Virus record (IMG/VR): IMGVR_UViG_3300032334_002567 | Coordinates: 124,001 to 188,000 of that record | Strand: one strand, 5' to 3' | DNA length: 64,000 bases | In this document: piece after piece, positions 9,998 through 19,804 of the stretch | Numbering within the stretch: position 1 is the stretch's first letter | How the letters are laid out: each line of letters starts with the position of its first letter | Notes under the pieces: model-generated | Database searches by the model: none | What the model saw: only the letters and a program-made list of their open reading frames with translations | Told to the model about the DNA's origin: nothing | Made by a program: the position numbers and the translations under genes

Positions 9998-10192
9998 ATG
10001 ATTCACAGATTTTTTTTAGTGCTTGCTAGAACAATAGATCACAGGGTGGGAAAAACAGATTCAGATAAGCCAGACATACCTGTTTTAACAATGCAAGAGG
10101 CATTGATATCTTTTTTCATTAAGTTTTTTATTGTTTTAGTTAATCTTATTACTTGTAGCTTTGTAATAGCAAATATCATACGTCACTGGTAA
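9998..10192 (+). CDS. small membrane protein
   Basis: GGAGG RBS, C-terminal hydrophobic helix, TATATA box upstream. Confidence 0.55.
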   Translation: MIHRFFLVLARTIDHRVGKTDSDKPDIPVLTMQEALISFFIKFFIVLVNLITCSFVIANIIRHW

Positions 10193-10922
10193 GATATTTA
10201 ATTAATTCTTCTCTTGATTTGATGCCTTTATATTTTAATTCTGGCTCTTTCATTTTCATCAAGGAGGAGCACAGAGATTTTTTCTTTATATCTTTTTCGT
10301 CTATAAGGTATTGTCTTAATATGAATAAGCAAAAATGTTGCTCTGGAAAAGCCACCGTTACTTGACGTTCTATTTTAACAAAGACACATGGGTTTGATGC
10401 ATCAAATTCTTTTGTTTTAAACCTAGGATGAAAATTGTATTTTTTTTCGTGTACTATGCTCCATACAAATCTTTCAAAAATTCCTTTGTATATCATTGCT
10501 TCCACAACTTTTCTACTATTGTGTAGGCTCATGGGAACAGGAGCGTGTATTTCATCAAAGTTTTTACCAACTTTTTCTGATGGTAGCCAACCACTTGGAA
10601 AGCAAACATGTGCACTCGCCATCCAATCTTTTTCGCCATCTAGCCTGTGTATAATTAGATCTTCGTCTATTTCTTTTGCTAGGCTCAGATAATCCGCAGA
10701 CTTAGTTTCTACTGGGTAGTTTAGCTTTATAAAATTAAAGCAAGTATCGTATATTTCTTTTGTGACATTAGATTCAAAAAAATATTCTTGATTGTTAAGA
10801 GCTTCTTTTTTTTCTTTATGCAGCTCAAAGCAGTCAGATTTATTTTTTTCAAATATTTCTTCTGTTTTAATTTTTTTTAGATCTGGAAGTGTGCTGAATC
10901 CATGTTCATAAGCATGATACAT
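10176..10922 (-). CDS. DUF3445 / heme-dependent oxidative N-demethylase alpha-like protein
   Basis: VCFPSGW...EKVG...IHAPVP, R.VW and KIERQ motifs. Confidence 0.7.
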   Translation of the reverse strand: MYHAYEHGFSTLPDLKKIKTEEIFEKNKSDCFELHKEKKEALNNQEYFFESNVTKEIYDTCFNFIKLNYPVETKSADYLSLAKEIDEDLIIHRLDGEKDWMASAHVCFPSGWLPSEKVGKNFDEIHAPVPMSLHNSRKVVEAMIYKGIFERFVWSIVHEKKYNFHPRFKTKEFDASNPCVFVKIERQVTVAFPEQHFCLFILRQYLIDEKDIKKKSLCSSLMKMKEPELKYKGIKSREELIKYLTSDV

Positions 10923-10923
10923 G

Positions 10924-11742
10924 TCAACTTACTCCGATTTGCCTGTACCATTTTGTTAGTATCCACTTTTCTCCCTCTATCACGGGATCGCCGGAGTGTA
11001 GTGTTGCTTCGTCTAATTCGCCCTTTGAGTTGCAATATTCAAAATAAATAGCGGAGCCTTTCTTTGGATAGAAGGTGGAGCCTACTCTTGGGAAAGAAGT
11101 TGTACCACCAGACTCTAGATCTGTTAAATAAACAATTAAGGTTGCAACTCTGTTTCTTTTATCTTTTTTGAGCACAGGGTCATGGAAGTAATCAGTGTGT
11201 GGTTTATATTCTTGTCCTGTTTGATAACGAAGTATTTGTAGCGGCTCAGTATCTTCTGGTTTATAATCTATAATTTCACATAATCTATCGTCTATTTGTC
11301 TTAAAAATTCACTTTCATTTCTATCGAAGTGTGTGCTTGAGCTTGTTCTAAATTCTGATACGTCTGGTTCGCCTTGTTGGTTAAATACTTTTGATTGTTG
11401 AACTTTATTTGCTGATATTTTTATTAATTCGTCGCATTGTCTGGTTGTTAGTACATCTTCTAAATAGCATATAAATGGTTTATTCATTTTGGAGACGATC
11501 CTGATTTCTCCATCTTTCAGTTTGACGAAGTTCTTAGACACATCTAATCTTGGTTTTTCATTTTCAAATGAATCATAGGTTACAACATCTTTTAAAAGTC
11601 TAGAGGCAGTATCTTTATCTAAGCCAGCATTCGTCATTGCAGTGACAACATTGCCCACATGCTCTCTGATCCACTGCATCCATTTTAGCTTTGCTTCTAA
11701 TTGTTCTTTTGGTTCCATTTTATTCTCCATTTTATTCTCCAT
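10924..11742 (-). CDS. 2OG-Fe(II) oxygenase, prolyl 4-hydroxylase-like
   Basis: RTSSS, EPLQILRY..GQEYKPHTDYF, YL.D...GG.T.FP, TLHSG.PV..GEKW. Confidence 0.9.
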   Translation of the reverse strand: MENKMENKMEPKEQLEAKLKWMQWIREHVGNVVTAMTNAGLDKDTASRLLKDVVTYDSFENEKPRLDVSKNFVKLKDGEIRIVSKMNKPFICYLEDVLTTRQCDELIKISANKVQQSKVFNQQGEPDVSEFRTSSSTHFDRNESEFLRQIDDRLCEIIDYKPEDTEPLQILRYQTGQEYKPHTDYFHDPVLKKDKRNRVATLIVYLTDLESGGTTSFPRVGSTFYPKKGSAIYFEYCNSKGELDEATLHSGDPVIEGEKWILTKWYRQIGVS

Positions 11743-11802
11743 TTGCTATATTATAGCAACTTTTGTTCTACAATAAAATAGCGAGATATACGTAAATACT
11801 AC

Positions 11803-11934
11803 ATGGAACCAGATCTATCTAAAAAAGATTATATTGCTATGATAATTTTATCAATAGTTATTAGCTCAATTGTGACGTTTATTCCATTTATTGTTCGTAT
11901 TTTGATCAATAAAATTTTTGATTTTCTTTTTTGA
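11803..11934 (+). CDS. 43-aa single-TM protein (not in the ORF track)
   Basis: MEPDLSKKDYIAMIILSIVISSIVTFIPFIVRILINKIFDFLF; TAAATA box 4 nt upstream. Confidence 0.55.
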   Translation: MEPDLSKKDYIAMIILSIVISSIVTFIPFIVRILINKIFDFLF

Positions 11935-11989
11935 TATTGCTGTTTTAACTTCTCAAGATATAATGCAAGAAAATTATATCTGGTGAAAT

Positions 11990-14710
11990 ATGCAATTGTC
12001 TGATATTTGCATCCAAAAATTGTCTGAGAAAAAACTAAATGATTTTGAACATAAAAAGCGTTTAAAGTGGGAGCTAGAAGAAGTCGCAGCAAAAGATAAA
12101 GAATCTTATTTCCTTAATCTTTACAAAAATAAAACCAGATATTCAAAGAATCAAAATAATCTTCTAATTTGCTGGTTGCTAGGAATAGCACCAGATTTTG
12201 ATATAAAGAATGATCCAAATTGTTTTTATGGTGAATATCCTGATATTGATGTAGATTTTATTCCTCAAATAAGAAATTACATAAAAGAAGATTGGGCTCC
12301 CAAGTTTTTTGGTGAAGAATACGTATGCAATATAGGAAATTATACTACTTTTGGCATTAAGTCTGCACTTATAGACATGGCTAGAGTCCACGGAGAAAGC
12401 AGAGAAGAAGTTTTGGGTTTAACCAAAAACCTTGATGCAAAGGATGACGAAGGTAAGGCGATGACTTGGGACGCAGCGATGAAGCTGTATCCTGAATTGA
12501 AAAAATATTGTGAAACTCATCCAGAAATCGCTGAGTCTGCTAAGAAATTATTAAATAGAAATCGTGGAATGGGCGTTCACGCCGGAGGTTTGATTATATC
12601 AAAAACTCCACTTCCTGATTTGGTTCCTCTTGTAAAAAGGAAAGACAATCCACAGGCTTCATCTTGGGTAGAAGGATTGCATGGGCAAGATTTACAGCCC
12701 GTAGGCCTTGTTAAGTTTGATTTACTTGTTGTATCTAACTTGTTGCAGATTGCCAAGTGTTGCGAGTTGGTCAAGAAGAGGCATAAAGTAAATAACATAT
12801 GTGCCTTAGAAGGACAATCAGATTGGAGTGACGTTGAAGCTTGGCGTAATGATTCTTTAGCTTTAGAAATGGCAAACTCTGGCGATCTTAAGGGGATATT
12901 CCAGTTTGATAGTGAAACTGTACGCAGCATGTGTCGTTCTGGTGGTGTGGATAGGTTTGAAGATCTTGTAGCTTATACAAGCTTAAATAGACCTGGCCCA
13001 CTGAACATGAAGATGCAAGAAAGATACATTGAACGCAAAAGAGGAAGAGAAAACTTTTTCCTGCATCCAATACTTCAGCCAATCTTAGGTAAGACTTATG
13101 GCGTTATTCTCTATCAAGAACAGGTAATGAGAATATTAAATGCTGTTGGTGAAATACCCTTGAAAGATTGTGAGTTGGTTCGTAAAGCTATTTCCAAAAA
13201 GAAGATTGAAAGCTTTATCAAATATAAAGAAATATTCATAATTAATGGTCAAAAGAATCTAGAGGTTAGCGAGAAAGAAATAGAACATCTTTGGAACCAA
13301 ATTGAAGCTTTTGCTGAATATGGATTTAACTTAAGCCATGCCGTTGCTTATACATACATTTCTGCTTATTTACTTTACCTAAAATCTCATTATCCGCATG
13401 AGTTCTATACAAGCATATTAAGTTGTGAGAATTTAAGCGACAAGATAAAAGATTATAAGATGGAAGCTAAAATTCATGGTGTTAATGTGGTTAGAGTTGA
13501 CGTCAATAATTCTAGAGTAGACTTTGATCTTCAAGGTGATGAAATATATTTTGGTCTTTCAAATGTAAAGGGGATTGGCGAGGGTCCTTCTCAAAGGATA
13601 GTTGACCAACAGCCTTATAAAAACTTTGAAGATTTTCTCGACAGATTCGGCACAGACGCCAGCGTTCTTAAGCCTTTGATTGGATTGAGATGTTTCCAAG
13701 AAAGAGATCCCATAACTCTTTGGAAGTTCTCTGAAGTTTATAAAAACTTTGTAAAGAAGAACGAAGACAAGAAAAAAAGATTTTTGCTTTCTTTGGAAAG
13801 GTATGAGAGTGAGTTTAAGGATTTATTCCCAGATGAAACTATGTCTTTGGCTGAGGTAGAAGAGGCGATTGGTTCTGGCCATTGGTCAAGATATGACGTT
13901 GATGAAGAGCGTTATGTTGAAACAAATACAGAATGCTCTGCTGATGAAGAAGGAGCAGTTTCAAAAACAGTTAACGGCACAGTTGAATTAGATTGTGGAC
14001 TTACGATAGAAAAAGAAGTTATTAAGTACTACAAAAAGACGAAGATTAAAAAGTCTTTTAATAAGCTGAATGAGCTTAAAAAGCTTATCCAAAAAAGAAA
14101 AAGAACTATAGAGAAGCACAAAAAGGTAGAAGGCGACAAGCCAACTTTGAATAACTTTAATCCTCATGAACAGTTCGTGAATGAGGATTTAGAGTTAGAA
14201 CTGCAAGATATTATTGCCTGTGAAAATAAGTATTACGGTTTTTCATGGATACATCCCTTAGAAAATAGTCCAGATTATAGTGGTAATTTGACTTTTGATA
14301 ACCTTAGAAATTCTACGGATGTATCAGTTGGCCCAGTTGAAATTCGTGTAATAAAAGCGAATAAAACAAAAAGCAAAAAAGGCACTGTATACTTCCAAGT
14401 GTCAGCTGAAGACGTCACGGGCCAAGAAAACAAGATAATAGCTTGGCAGGATGATTGGGATCGTTGGTCTGAAGAATTGTCACAGGATAACTTACTTAGG
14501 ATACGGCTTCAGCCACCTTCTAATGGCTTTTCTACTTTTACTTTAGAAAGTAACAGGGGGAGTGCTAAGTGGAAAAACATTAAGAAGTATGAAGACAAAA
14601 AAGATGACATAAGAGTTGTTGTTTTGAGAAAAGGCGAGACTCAAAATAAGATTGTCTCTGATGTTGATTTGATTGAACAGTTTGAAGAATGTATTATGGA
14701 GAAAAAATGA
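11990..14710 (+). CDS. dnaE: DNA polymerase III alpha, C-terminal part (catalytic palm, fingers, HhH, OB)
   Basis: YPDIDVDF, HAGG, GLVKFDLL, GIFQF, RPGP, YQEQVM, YGFNLSHAVAY, GLSNVKGIG. Confidence 0.93.
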   Translation: MQLSDICIQKLSEKKLNDFEHKKRLKWELEEVAAKDKESYFLNLYKNKTRYSKNQNNLLICWLLGIAPDFDIKNDPNCFYGEYPDIDVDFIPQIRNYIKEDWAPKFFGEEYVCNIGNYTTFGIKSALIDMARVHGESREEVLGLTKNLDAKDDEGKAMTWDAAMKLYPELKKYCETHPEIAESAKKLLNRNRGMGVHAGGLIISKTPLPDLVPLVKRKDNPQASSWVEGLHGQDLQPVGLVKFDLLVVSNLLQIAKCCELVKKRHKVNNICALEGQSDWSDVEAWRNDSLALEMANSGDLKGIFQFDSETVRSMCRSGGVDRFEDLVAYTSLNRPGPLNMKMQERYIERKRGRENFFLHPILQPILGKTYGVILYQEQVMRILNAVGEIPLKDCELVRKAISKKKIESFIKYKEIFIINGQKNLEVSEKEIEHLWNQIEAFAEYGFNLSHAVAYTYISAYLLYLKSHYPHEFYTSILSCENLSDKIKDYKMEAKIHGVNVVRVDVNNSRVDFDLQGDEIYFGLSNVKGIGEGPSQRIVDQQPYKNFEDFLDRFGTDASVLKPLIGLRCFQERDPITLWKFSEVYKNFVKKNEDKKKRFLLSLERYESEFKDLFPDETMSLAEVEEAIGSGHWSRYDVDEERYVETNTECSADEEGAVSKTVNGTVELDCGLTIEKEVIKYYKKTKIKKSFNKLNELKKLIQKRKRTIEKHKKVEGDKPTLNNFNPHEQFVNEDLELELQDIIACENKYYGFSWIHPLENSPDYSGNLTFDNLRNSTDVSVGPVEIRVIKANKTKSKKGTVYFQVSAEDVTGQENKIIAWQDDWDRWSEELSQDNLLRIRLQPPSNGFSTFTLESNRGSAKWKNIKKYEDKKDDIRVVVLRKGETQNKIVSDVDLIEQFEECIMEKK

Positions 14711-15201
14711 ACGAAAGTAATGAATTAATAATTGATCAAACAAATTTTGATCAATACTTTAGAGATTGTAGACTCAGTCGTCCTTCTCGTGGCGACGTTA
14801 TGGCTAGGTTTACAGCCATGGCTGATTTTGTAGATGGTCGAATGAAGAAAGATATAATAGATCTTCTTTTTTATAAGCGAGATAAGGTCAATGCCGCTGT
14901 GCAGGTTATGATAAAGTTGGGTGGTGCTACTGAAAGAGAAGCTCTTAGAATTTGTAAAGAGATTTGTTTAGACCTTGCAAATGGAATGAATCCTGAAGAA
15001 GTTGAAACTAAGACTTATACATATCAAATGGAGATCTTTTATTACACAAAAAAGGAGTATGTGCCAATAAATGATCCGCATTGGTCGATAATTAGCATAG
15101 CTAATTTGGACGAGTTTTTAGACAAGTCCGGCCAAAGGCTAAGAATGGAATCAAAGCTTAAGATAGATGATAAAGGAGAAGATGAGGAGAAAATTCGGTG
15201 A
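14707..15201 (+). CDS. hypothetical protein
   Basis: ATGA overlap with the dnaE stop; GGAG RBS. Confidence 0.6.
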   Translation: MNESNELIIDQTNFDQYFRDCRLSRPSRGDVMARFTAMADFVDGRMKKDIIDLLFYKRDKVNAAVQVMIKLGGATEREALRICKEICLDLANGMNPEEVETKTYTYQMEIFYYTKKEYVPINDPHWSIISIANLDEFLDKSGQRLRMESKLKIDDKGEDEEKIR

Positions 15202-15742
15202 AACTTTACACATAAGCACACCCTATCGACCGGAGACAGGAAGCTTCGCAAAACATAAGACTTTTAATGGCGAAAAATACAAAGTACTACAATGGCATTA
15301 TTGTCGTGATATTTTTCACCCACAACTCTATAATTTAGATTTATTTTTCTTTTCTCATTATTCCAATAGGGGTCACTGTGTTGCGGCTTTTATGGAAAAG
15401 ATAGAAAAGAAGTTGGATGTAGATATACCGTCAGAGTTTGGTCCCACGCAAAAAAATTCAATAATGTGGATAAGACCTTCAAGGTGGTGGACCATTAGAT
15501 CTATGCGTAGATCTTTATTTACAATACTTTTAAGAAGTGCAAATAATTTTTCACCATCAAAAAATAACTTTAAGGAAGCTCTTTTAAGTGATCCTTACGC
15601 CATGGCCACTAGCTATGCTATAAACCGCTTTTTAAAGGGCTTTACGTTTTATACTGGTAAGAAAAAAGGATGGCTAGATCAGTTTTATGAAACAAAAATT
15701 GATAAAAAGACAATAGATTCTTTGTTGGTCGAGCCTATATAG
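15182..15742 (+). CDS. hypothetical protein (paralog of 40679-41323)
   Basis: Shares GSFA, W..CR..F, FFFSH, W..PS..W, RSL.TILLRS, AI.RF..GFT and GW...F with the paralog. Confidence 0.65.
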   Translation: MRRKFGETLHISTPYRPETGSFAKHKTFNGEKYKVLQWHYCRDIFHPQLYNLDLFFFSHYSNRGHCVAAFMEKIEKKLDVDIPSEFGPTQKNSIMWIRPSRWWTIRSMRRSLFTILLRSANNFSPSKNNFKEALLSDPYAMATSYAINRFLKGFTFYTGKKKGWLDQFYETKIDKKTIDSLLVEPI

Positions 15743-15765
15743 TTTAACAGCAGTGGAGGTAAATT

Positions 15766-16302
15766 ATGGGTGATATGCAATCTGATTTAAATAAATACGC
15801 AAAAATTTGGGATGATGCTCTACAAAAAGGTATTTTTGATGACATGCCCAAGGACGATCCATCTAAGAATTCCACTGATTTCTTCGGTCAGTATCTTACT
15901 GGTGAGTACGATATGGATAAACCTTTAAATGAGGTGGATACAAAATATTGGGCAATTCTTTCAAGAAGAGCCGATCCCTTATTCGTTGAAGGTAAAAAGG
16001 AAGAAGATGAGGCTAAGGCAAACACAGCCGCATTGGCCAACGTACACAATCCAATACACCCAAATACTGCGGGCAAAGATCAAGAATCACCAAAAAGTTT
16101 TGTATTAGATGATGAGGATATAAATAAGCTTGAAGAATTAAAAAATAAACTTCATAATCTTGAAAACGATCTCAATTCATTAAAGGCAAAAAGTCCCGAG
16201 AAGTCTGAAGCCACCACTCAGTCAAAAATAGATTCTCTTAAAAAACAAATTGATGATTTGAGTGACTCTTTGACCGGCAATCGCTTTACAAGAGGCGGCT
16301 GA
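15766..16302 (+). CDS. coiled-coil hypothetical protein
   Basis: GGAGG RBS, TATATA box, C-terminal heptad repeats. Confidence 0.6.
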   Translation: MGDMQSDLNKYAKIWDDALQKGIFDDMPKDDPSKNSTDFFGQYLTGEYDMDKPLNEVDTKYWAILSRRADPLFVEGKKEEDEAKANTAALANVHNPIHPNTAGKDQESPKSFVLDDEDINKLEELKNKLHNLENDLNSLKAKSPEKSEATTQSKIDSLKKQIDDLSDSLTGNRFTRGG

Positions 16303-16333
16303 TTCTATAGAATATTGTCAACGGAACGTAAAG

Positions 16334-16759
16334 ATGAACAATAAAAGGCTGTTCGATCTTATAGTTCTAGGCTTATGGTTATTAATGGCTTCAGTTTTTT
16401 ATGTTCAAAATGGAATAAGAACGCAAGACAGAATACCCATACCAGAAAAATCATCTTTCGTATTGCAGCCCAACAAAGAATTAGAGATCAAAAAAATATC
16501 TGTTATAACTGGTGATCTTTTTGAGCTTACTCTTAAGGATCAAAGCTCCAGTAGAATTTTTGCCAAACTTCCTATTGATGCTGCCGATAATTCAAAGGGA
16601 AGAGTCGTCAAAATTCTTAGAGAGGTTGTCTCACCAAGAGTTTTTTTGGTTGAAAAAAAGCAAGATGGTAAGTGGATCGCAAATATTTTTTTTCTTTTAG
16701 AAAATCAAGAATCGAACCTAGTTAATTGGTTAGAACAAAACAATTTGGTATCTGAATGA
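16334..16759 (+). CDS. membrane-anchored hypothetical protein
   Basis: N-terminal TM helix. Confidence 0.55.
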   Translation: MNNKRLFDLIVLGLWLLMASVFYVQNGIRTQDRIPIPEKSSFVLQPNKELEIKKISVITGDLFELTLKDQSSSRIFAKLPIDAADNSKGRVVKILREVVSPRVFLVEKKQDGKWIANIFFLLENQESNLVNWLEQNNLVSE

Positions 16760-17883
16760 GAGCTGAAGAACTGATGGAAATTGAAAAAAAAAGACAAAGT
16801 AGAAGAATAAAAGAAACAACAGTTTCAAGGTGTCAAAAGTTTTTGAATGATAAGATACAAAAAGCTATTTGTGAAAAAGGTCTCGCTAGGATTGCAATAT
16901 TTACGCACCCATCGCCAGACCCAGACGCCGTTGGAAGTCAAATGGCATTGGCATGGATGCTGAGGAAAGCCTATGAAAATATAGAGGTAGATTGTTTTTA
17001 TGATGGATGCATATCACATCCACAGAACCAAAGGATGGTCAACCTCTTAGACCCAGACTTAAAACTTTGCTCAGATTGCCACGTAGAGCAGTATGACATT
17101 AAAATTTCTGTTGACGTTATTCCCTCTCATGCTTTTTGTCCAAGTAATACTTCTTTTGATTTGGTAATAGATCATCACAAAGAGCCTCCGAATGGAACCT
17201 TCAAGGGCTTATACCTTAATTTGAAAGCGGGTAGTTCTTGTGCCACTGTCTACCAGCTTATTAAACAGCATGGGGTAGTTTTTGAAGAAGATAACGATAA
17301 TGATTCAAAGGTTGCTACCGCTTTGTTAGTGGGGATCATAACAGACACTGAGTATCAAACTTCAGACGATACAACAGAGATAGAACATAGAACTTACGCA
17401 GAAATTTTCAATTTTAGAAACCCCACTGCCTTAAAGCAAATAACTAAATATAAGCAACCAAGGGACTGGGTTCAAGCAAAAGCAAGTGTTGCAGAAAAAG
17501 CTAATGACAGAATAAAAGATGGTGTTTTAATTCATGGTATAGGCTTGATAACTATTAACAATAGAGACTTAATATCTGCGGTTGCCGATGAGATGTTATC
17601 TTGGGAAAACGTTGAGACTTCTGTTGCTTTTGCGATAGTTGATGGCTCTAGAGTAGAGGGATCTATTAGAAGCACAAACGCTGCTCTTGCTGTTCCTGCC
17701 CTGTGTAAAGAACTTGGTGGACAATATGGTGGTGGTGGTGGCAAGCTAGGAAAGGGTGCCTATCATTTTAATCTCGGCAGTCTTTCTTTGGAGAGTGATG
17801 TAGAAGAATCCTCTAAAGAAAAGTTATGGGAATGCATTAATGATAGAGAATTAAAGAGACTTTTTAGGATTATTAAGAAATAA
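16756..17883 (+). CDS. DHH/DHHA1 phosphoesterase (NrnA/GdpP-like)
   Basis: HPSPDPDAVGS, IDHH, GIITDT, GSIRS and GGGGG motifs. Confidence 0.88.
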   Translation: MRAEELMEIEKKRQSRRIKETTVSRCQKFLNDKIQKAICEKGLARIAIFTHPSPDPDAVGSQMALAWMLRKAYENIEVDCFYDGCISHPQNQRMVNLLDPDLKLCSDCHVEQYDIKISVDVIPSHAFCPSNTSFDLVIDHHKEPPNGTFKGLYLNLKAGSSCATVYQLIKQHGVVFEEDNDNDSKVATALLVGIITDTEYQTSDDTTEIEHRTYAEIFNFRNPTALKQITKYKQPRDWVQAKASVAEKANDRIKDGVLIHGIGLITINNRDLISAVADEMLSWENVETSVAFAIVDGSRVEGSIRSTNAALAVPALCKELGGQYGGGGGKLGKGAYHFNLGSLSLESDVEESSKEKLWECINDRELKRLFRIIKK

Positions 17884-17907
17884 TCAATTTTTTACTATTA
17901 TGTTTTT

Positions 17908-18090
17908 GTGGAAAAGTCTTTTGTTTTAAAATGTTTATCTTGTAAATGGTTCAAAAGAACCAACGGTCGATCTGAAGATTTGACCGATTTAAGGGAGATC
18001 AAGAGGTGTGCCAAGTGTGGTAGGCCAAGGGAATTCTCTTGTCCTAAATGTGGCAAACCCATAAAAATGCTTCGTGAGATTAAAAAATGA
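17908..18090 (+). CDS. small Cys-rich zinc-ribbon protein
   Basis: Three CxxC motifs. Confidence 0.6.
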   Translation: MEKSFVLKCLSCKWFKRTNGRSEDLTDLREIKRCAKCGRPREFSCPKCGKPIKMLREIKK

Positions 18091-19229
18091 ACTCAGTAGT
18101 GGATTTTTTAAAAAGAACATCTGAGAGGAACGGATTTAGCAGGGATCGTTTTGAAGAGAGAAAGATACCTACTGACTTTTCTAACGTTTGTATTTTACCT
18201 TTTTTTGGGGATATTAGGTCTACTTGTATACTTTCTAGCTTTATACTTCATAGATACCGACAAGAAGTTAAATCATCAAGATATTTTATTTTAGCTTCTT
18301 GGCCAGGATTTCAAGGTTTGTTTCCTTATGTAGATGAATATTGGTCTATAACTGATAATGCACATATTAAAAGCTTCTACGAAAAATCAGAAGGTTTTTT
18401 AAATAAGTCTGATTTAAATACTGTCTATACAAGGAATTTAAATGAATTTTTTAGGGATGTAATAAATGTCACAGACTTATCTGCCTATTATGATGATGGG
18501 CTTACATCTAAATTTTTTGATAAGTTCAAAGACGTTAAAAGATTCCTTCCTTTTATATCTTCTTCTGCAAACTTGAGTAGAGATTTTAACAAAGATTTGG
18601 CTAGTATGCCGGGTTTTAAAGTTTTTGTCACGCCTTCGGTCTTCATTAAAACTTGGAATAATGGTCGATCTAAGAACATTAAAACAAATATAGATTTTTG
18701 GAAAAATTTAGTTGATTATCTATTAGAGAAAAACCACACCCCAGTAATCTGGAATAACTATTTAACTCATGATTTATCACAAGAAAAGTACATAGGAAAA
18801 TGTCTTTTTTTGAATGAGATCGACATTTCACGGGTTTTATCAGCAATGAGAGCAACAGGCTTTGTATTAGACGTTTTCAATAATGTTTCTAAGTTGTCAC
18901 TTCTGGCTAGGTGTCCTTATTTGTGTGTAGATGAAAGATCTAGATATTCCAATCAAAAAGAATACGAAATAGATGATTTGTTTCCGTATATCCCAAAAAA
19001 TTATATTTATACATTTTCTACTATACTAAATGAGGGTACGAAGAACTCTTGGAATAATGATATTTTTAATTCTATCGGAAATAGAATAGAAGAAATTATT
19101 CCAGTCTTAGATAGAGACAAGTGGCCTTCTACCGGTGAATCTTTTGATAATGTTTCTTATAAGGACAGCGTCAGAAAGATAAAATCAAAAAAAATGGGAA
19201 CTAAGTTTATTCAAGTAATTAGGGATTAA
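18087..19229 (+). CDS. hypothetical protein, possibly GT-B/GT9-like glycosyltransferase
   Basis: FGD near the N-terminus and an overall layout loosely like heptosyltransferases; weak. Confidence 0.35.
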   Translation: MNSVVDFLKRTSERNGFSRDRFEERKIPTDFSNVCILPFFGDIRSTCILSSFILHRYRQEVKSSRYFILASWPGFQGLFPYVDEYWSITDNAHIKSFYEKSEGFLNKSDLNTVYTRNLNEFFRDVINVTDLSAYYDDGLTSKFFDKFKDVKRFLPFISSSANLSRDFNKDLASMPGFKVFVTPSVFIKTWNNGRSKNIKTNIDFWKNLVDYLLEKNHTPVIWNNYLTHDLSQEKYIGKCLFLNEIDISRVLSAMRATGFVLDVFNNVSKLSLLARCPYLCVDERSRYSNQKEYEIDDLFPYIPKNYIYTFSTILNEGTKNSWNNDIFNSIGNRIEEIIPVLDRDKWPSTGESFDNVSYKDSVRKIKSKKMGTKFIQVIRD

Positions 19230-19230
19230 A

Positions 19231-19479
19231 ATGGTAAAAGTCTTCCAAAAAAACCTCTCGCCAAATGCAAGTATGGCAGAAAAAGAAATAGCCTTTAAAA
19301 AAATGTTTTCTATATTTAAAAAGGCAGTAGTAGATTCAGGAATTCTACAAGAATATAAAAAGAGGGAATTCTACGAAAGTCCGGGCGAAAAAAGAAGAAG
19401 AAAGAAAAAAGAGTCAAAAAATCAACTGCTAAAGGCTAAACTAAGAGAAAATTTTCCAGAAAGATACGGTGATGCATGA
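19231..19479 (+). CDS. rpsU: ribosomal protein bS21
   Basis: FKKAVVDSGILQEYKKREFYESPGEKRRRKK. Confidence 0.88.
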   Translation: MVKVFQKNLSPNASMAEKEIAFKKMFSIFKKAVVDSGILQEYKKREFYESPGEKRRRKKKESKNQLLKAKLRENFPERYGDA

Positions 19480-19745
19480 GTGCAAATAAAATATTAAGTT
19501 TATCTATAGATACTGAATTTCAAGAGAGAGTAAAAAAAGAAGCCAAAAGAAAGAATGTGTCTGTTTCCAAATTAATCAGAGATATAGTTGAAAAAAGTTT
19601 GCCCACAGACGCAGAAGATGGCCCCGTACATGACACGGTTATTTTGAGAATTCCAAATGAAATGAAAGAGAGCAGGGAAAAGCTTGAATCTTGGTTAAAA
19701 CCAAGATTTGATAGTATAATAAAAAATCTTACTAGCTCTGTTTGA
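19476..19745 (+). CDS. ribbon-helix-helix (CopG-like) DNA-binding protein
   Basis: ILSLSID...VKKEAKRKNVSVSKLIRDIV. Confidence 0.7.
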   Translation: MSANKILSLSIDTEFQERVKKEAKRKNVSVSKLIRDIVEKSLPTDAEDGPVHDTVILRIPNEMKESREKLESWLKPRFDSIIKNLTSSV

Positions 19746-19804
19746 TATTGTTTTTCTTTTTTTCTTTTATATGATAGCAGAAACAGAAATGGTTTCTTTG
19801 TCAT

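Noticed and set aside
2975-11990. Intron or intein interrupting dnaE
   Set aside because: The gap holds ordinary genes, tmRNA and tRNAs on both strands; I see no intein termini or group I/II core motifs, and the halves overlap in homology rather than abutting.
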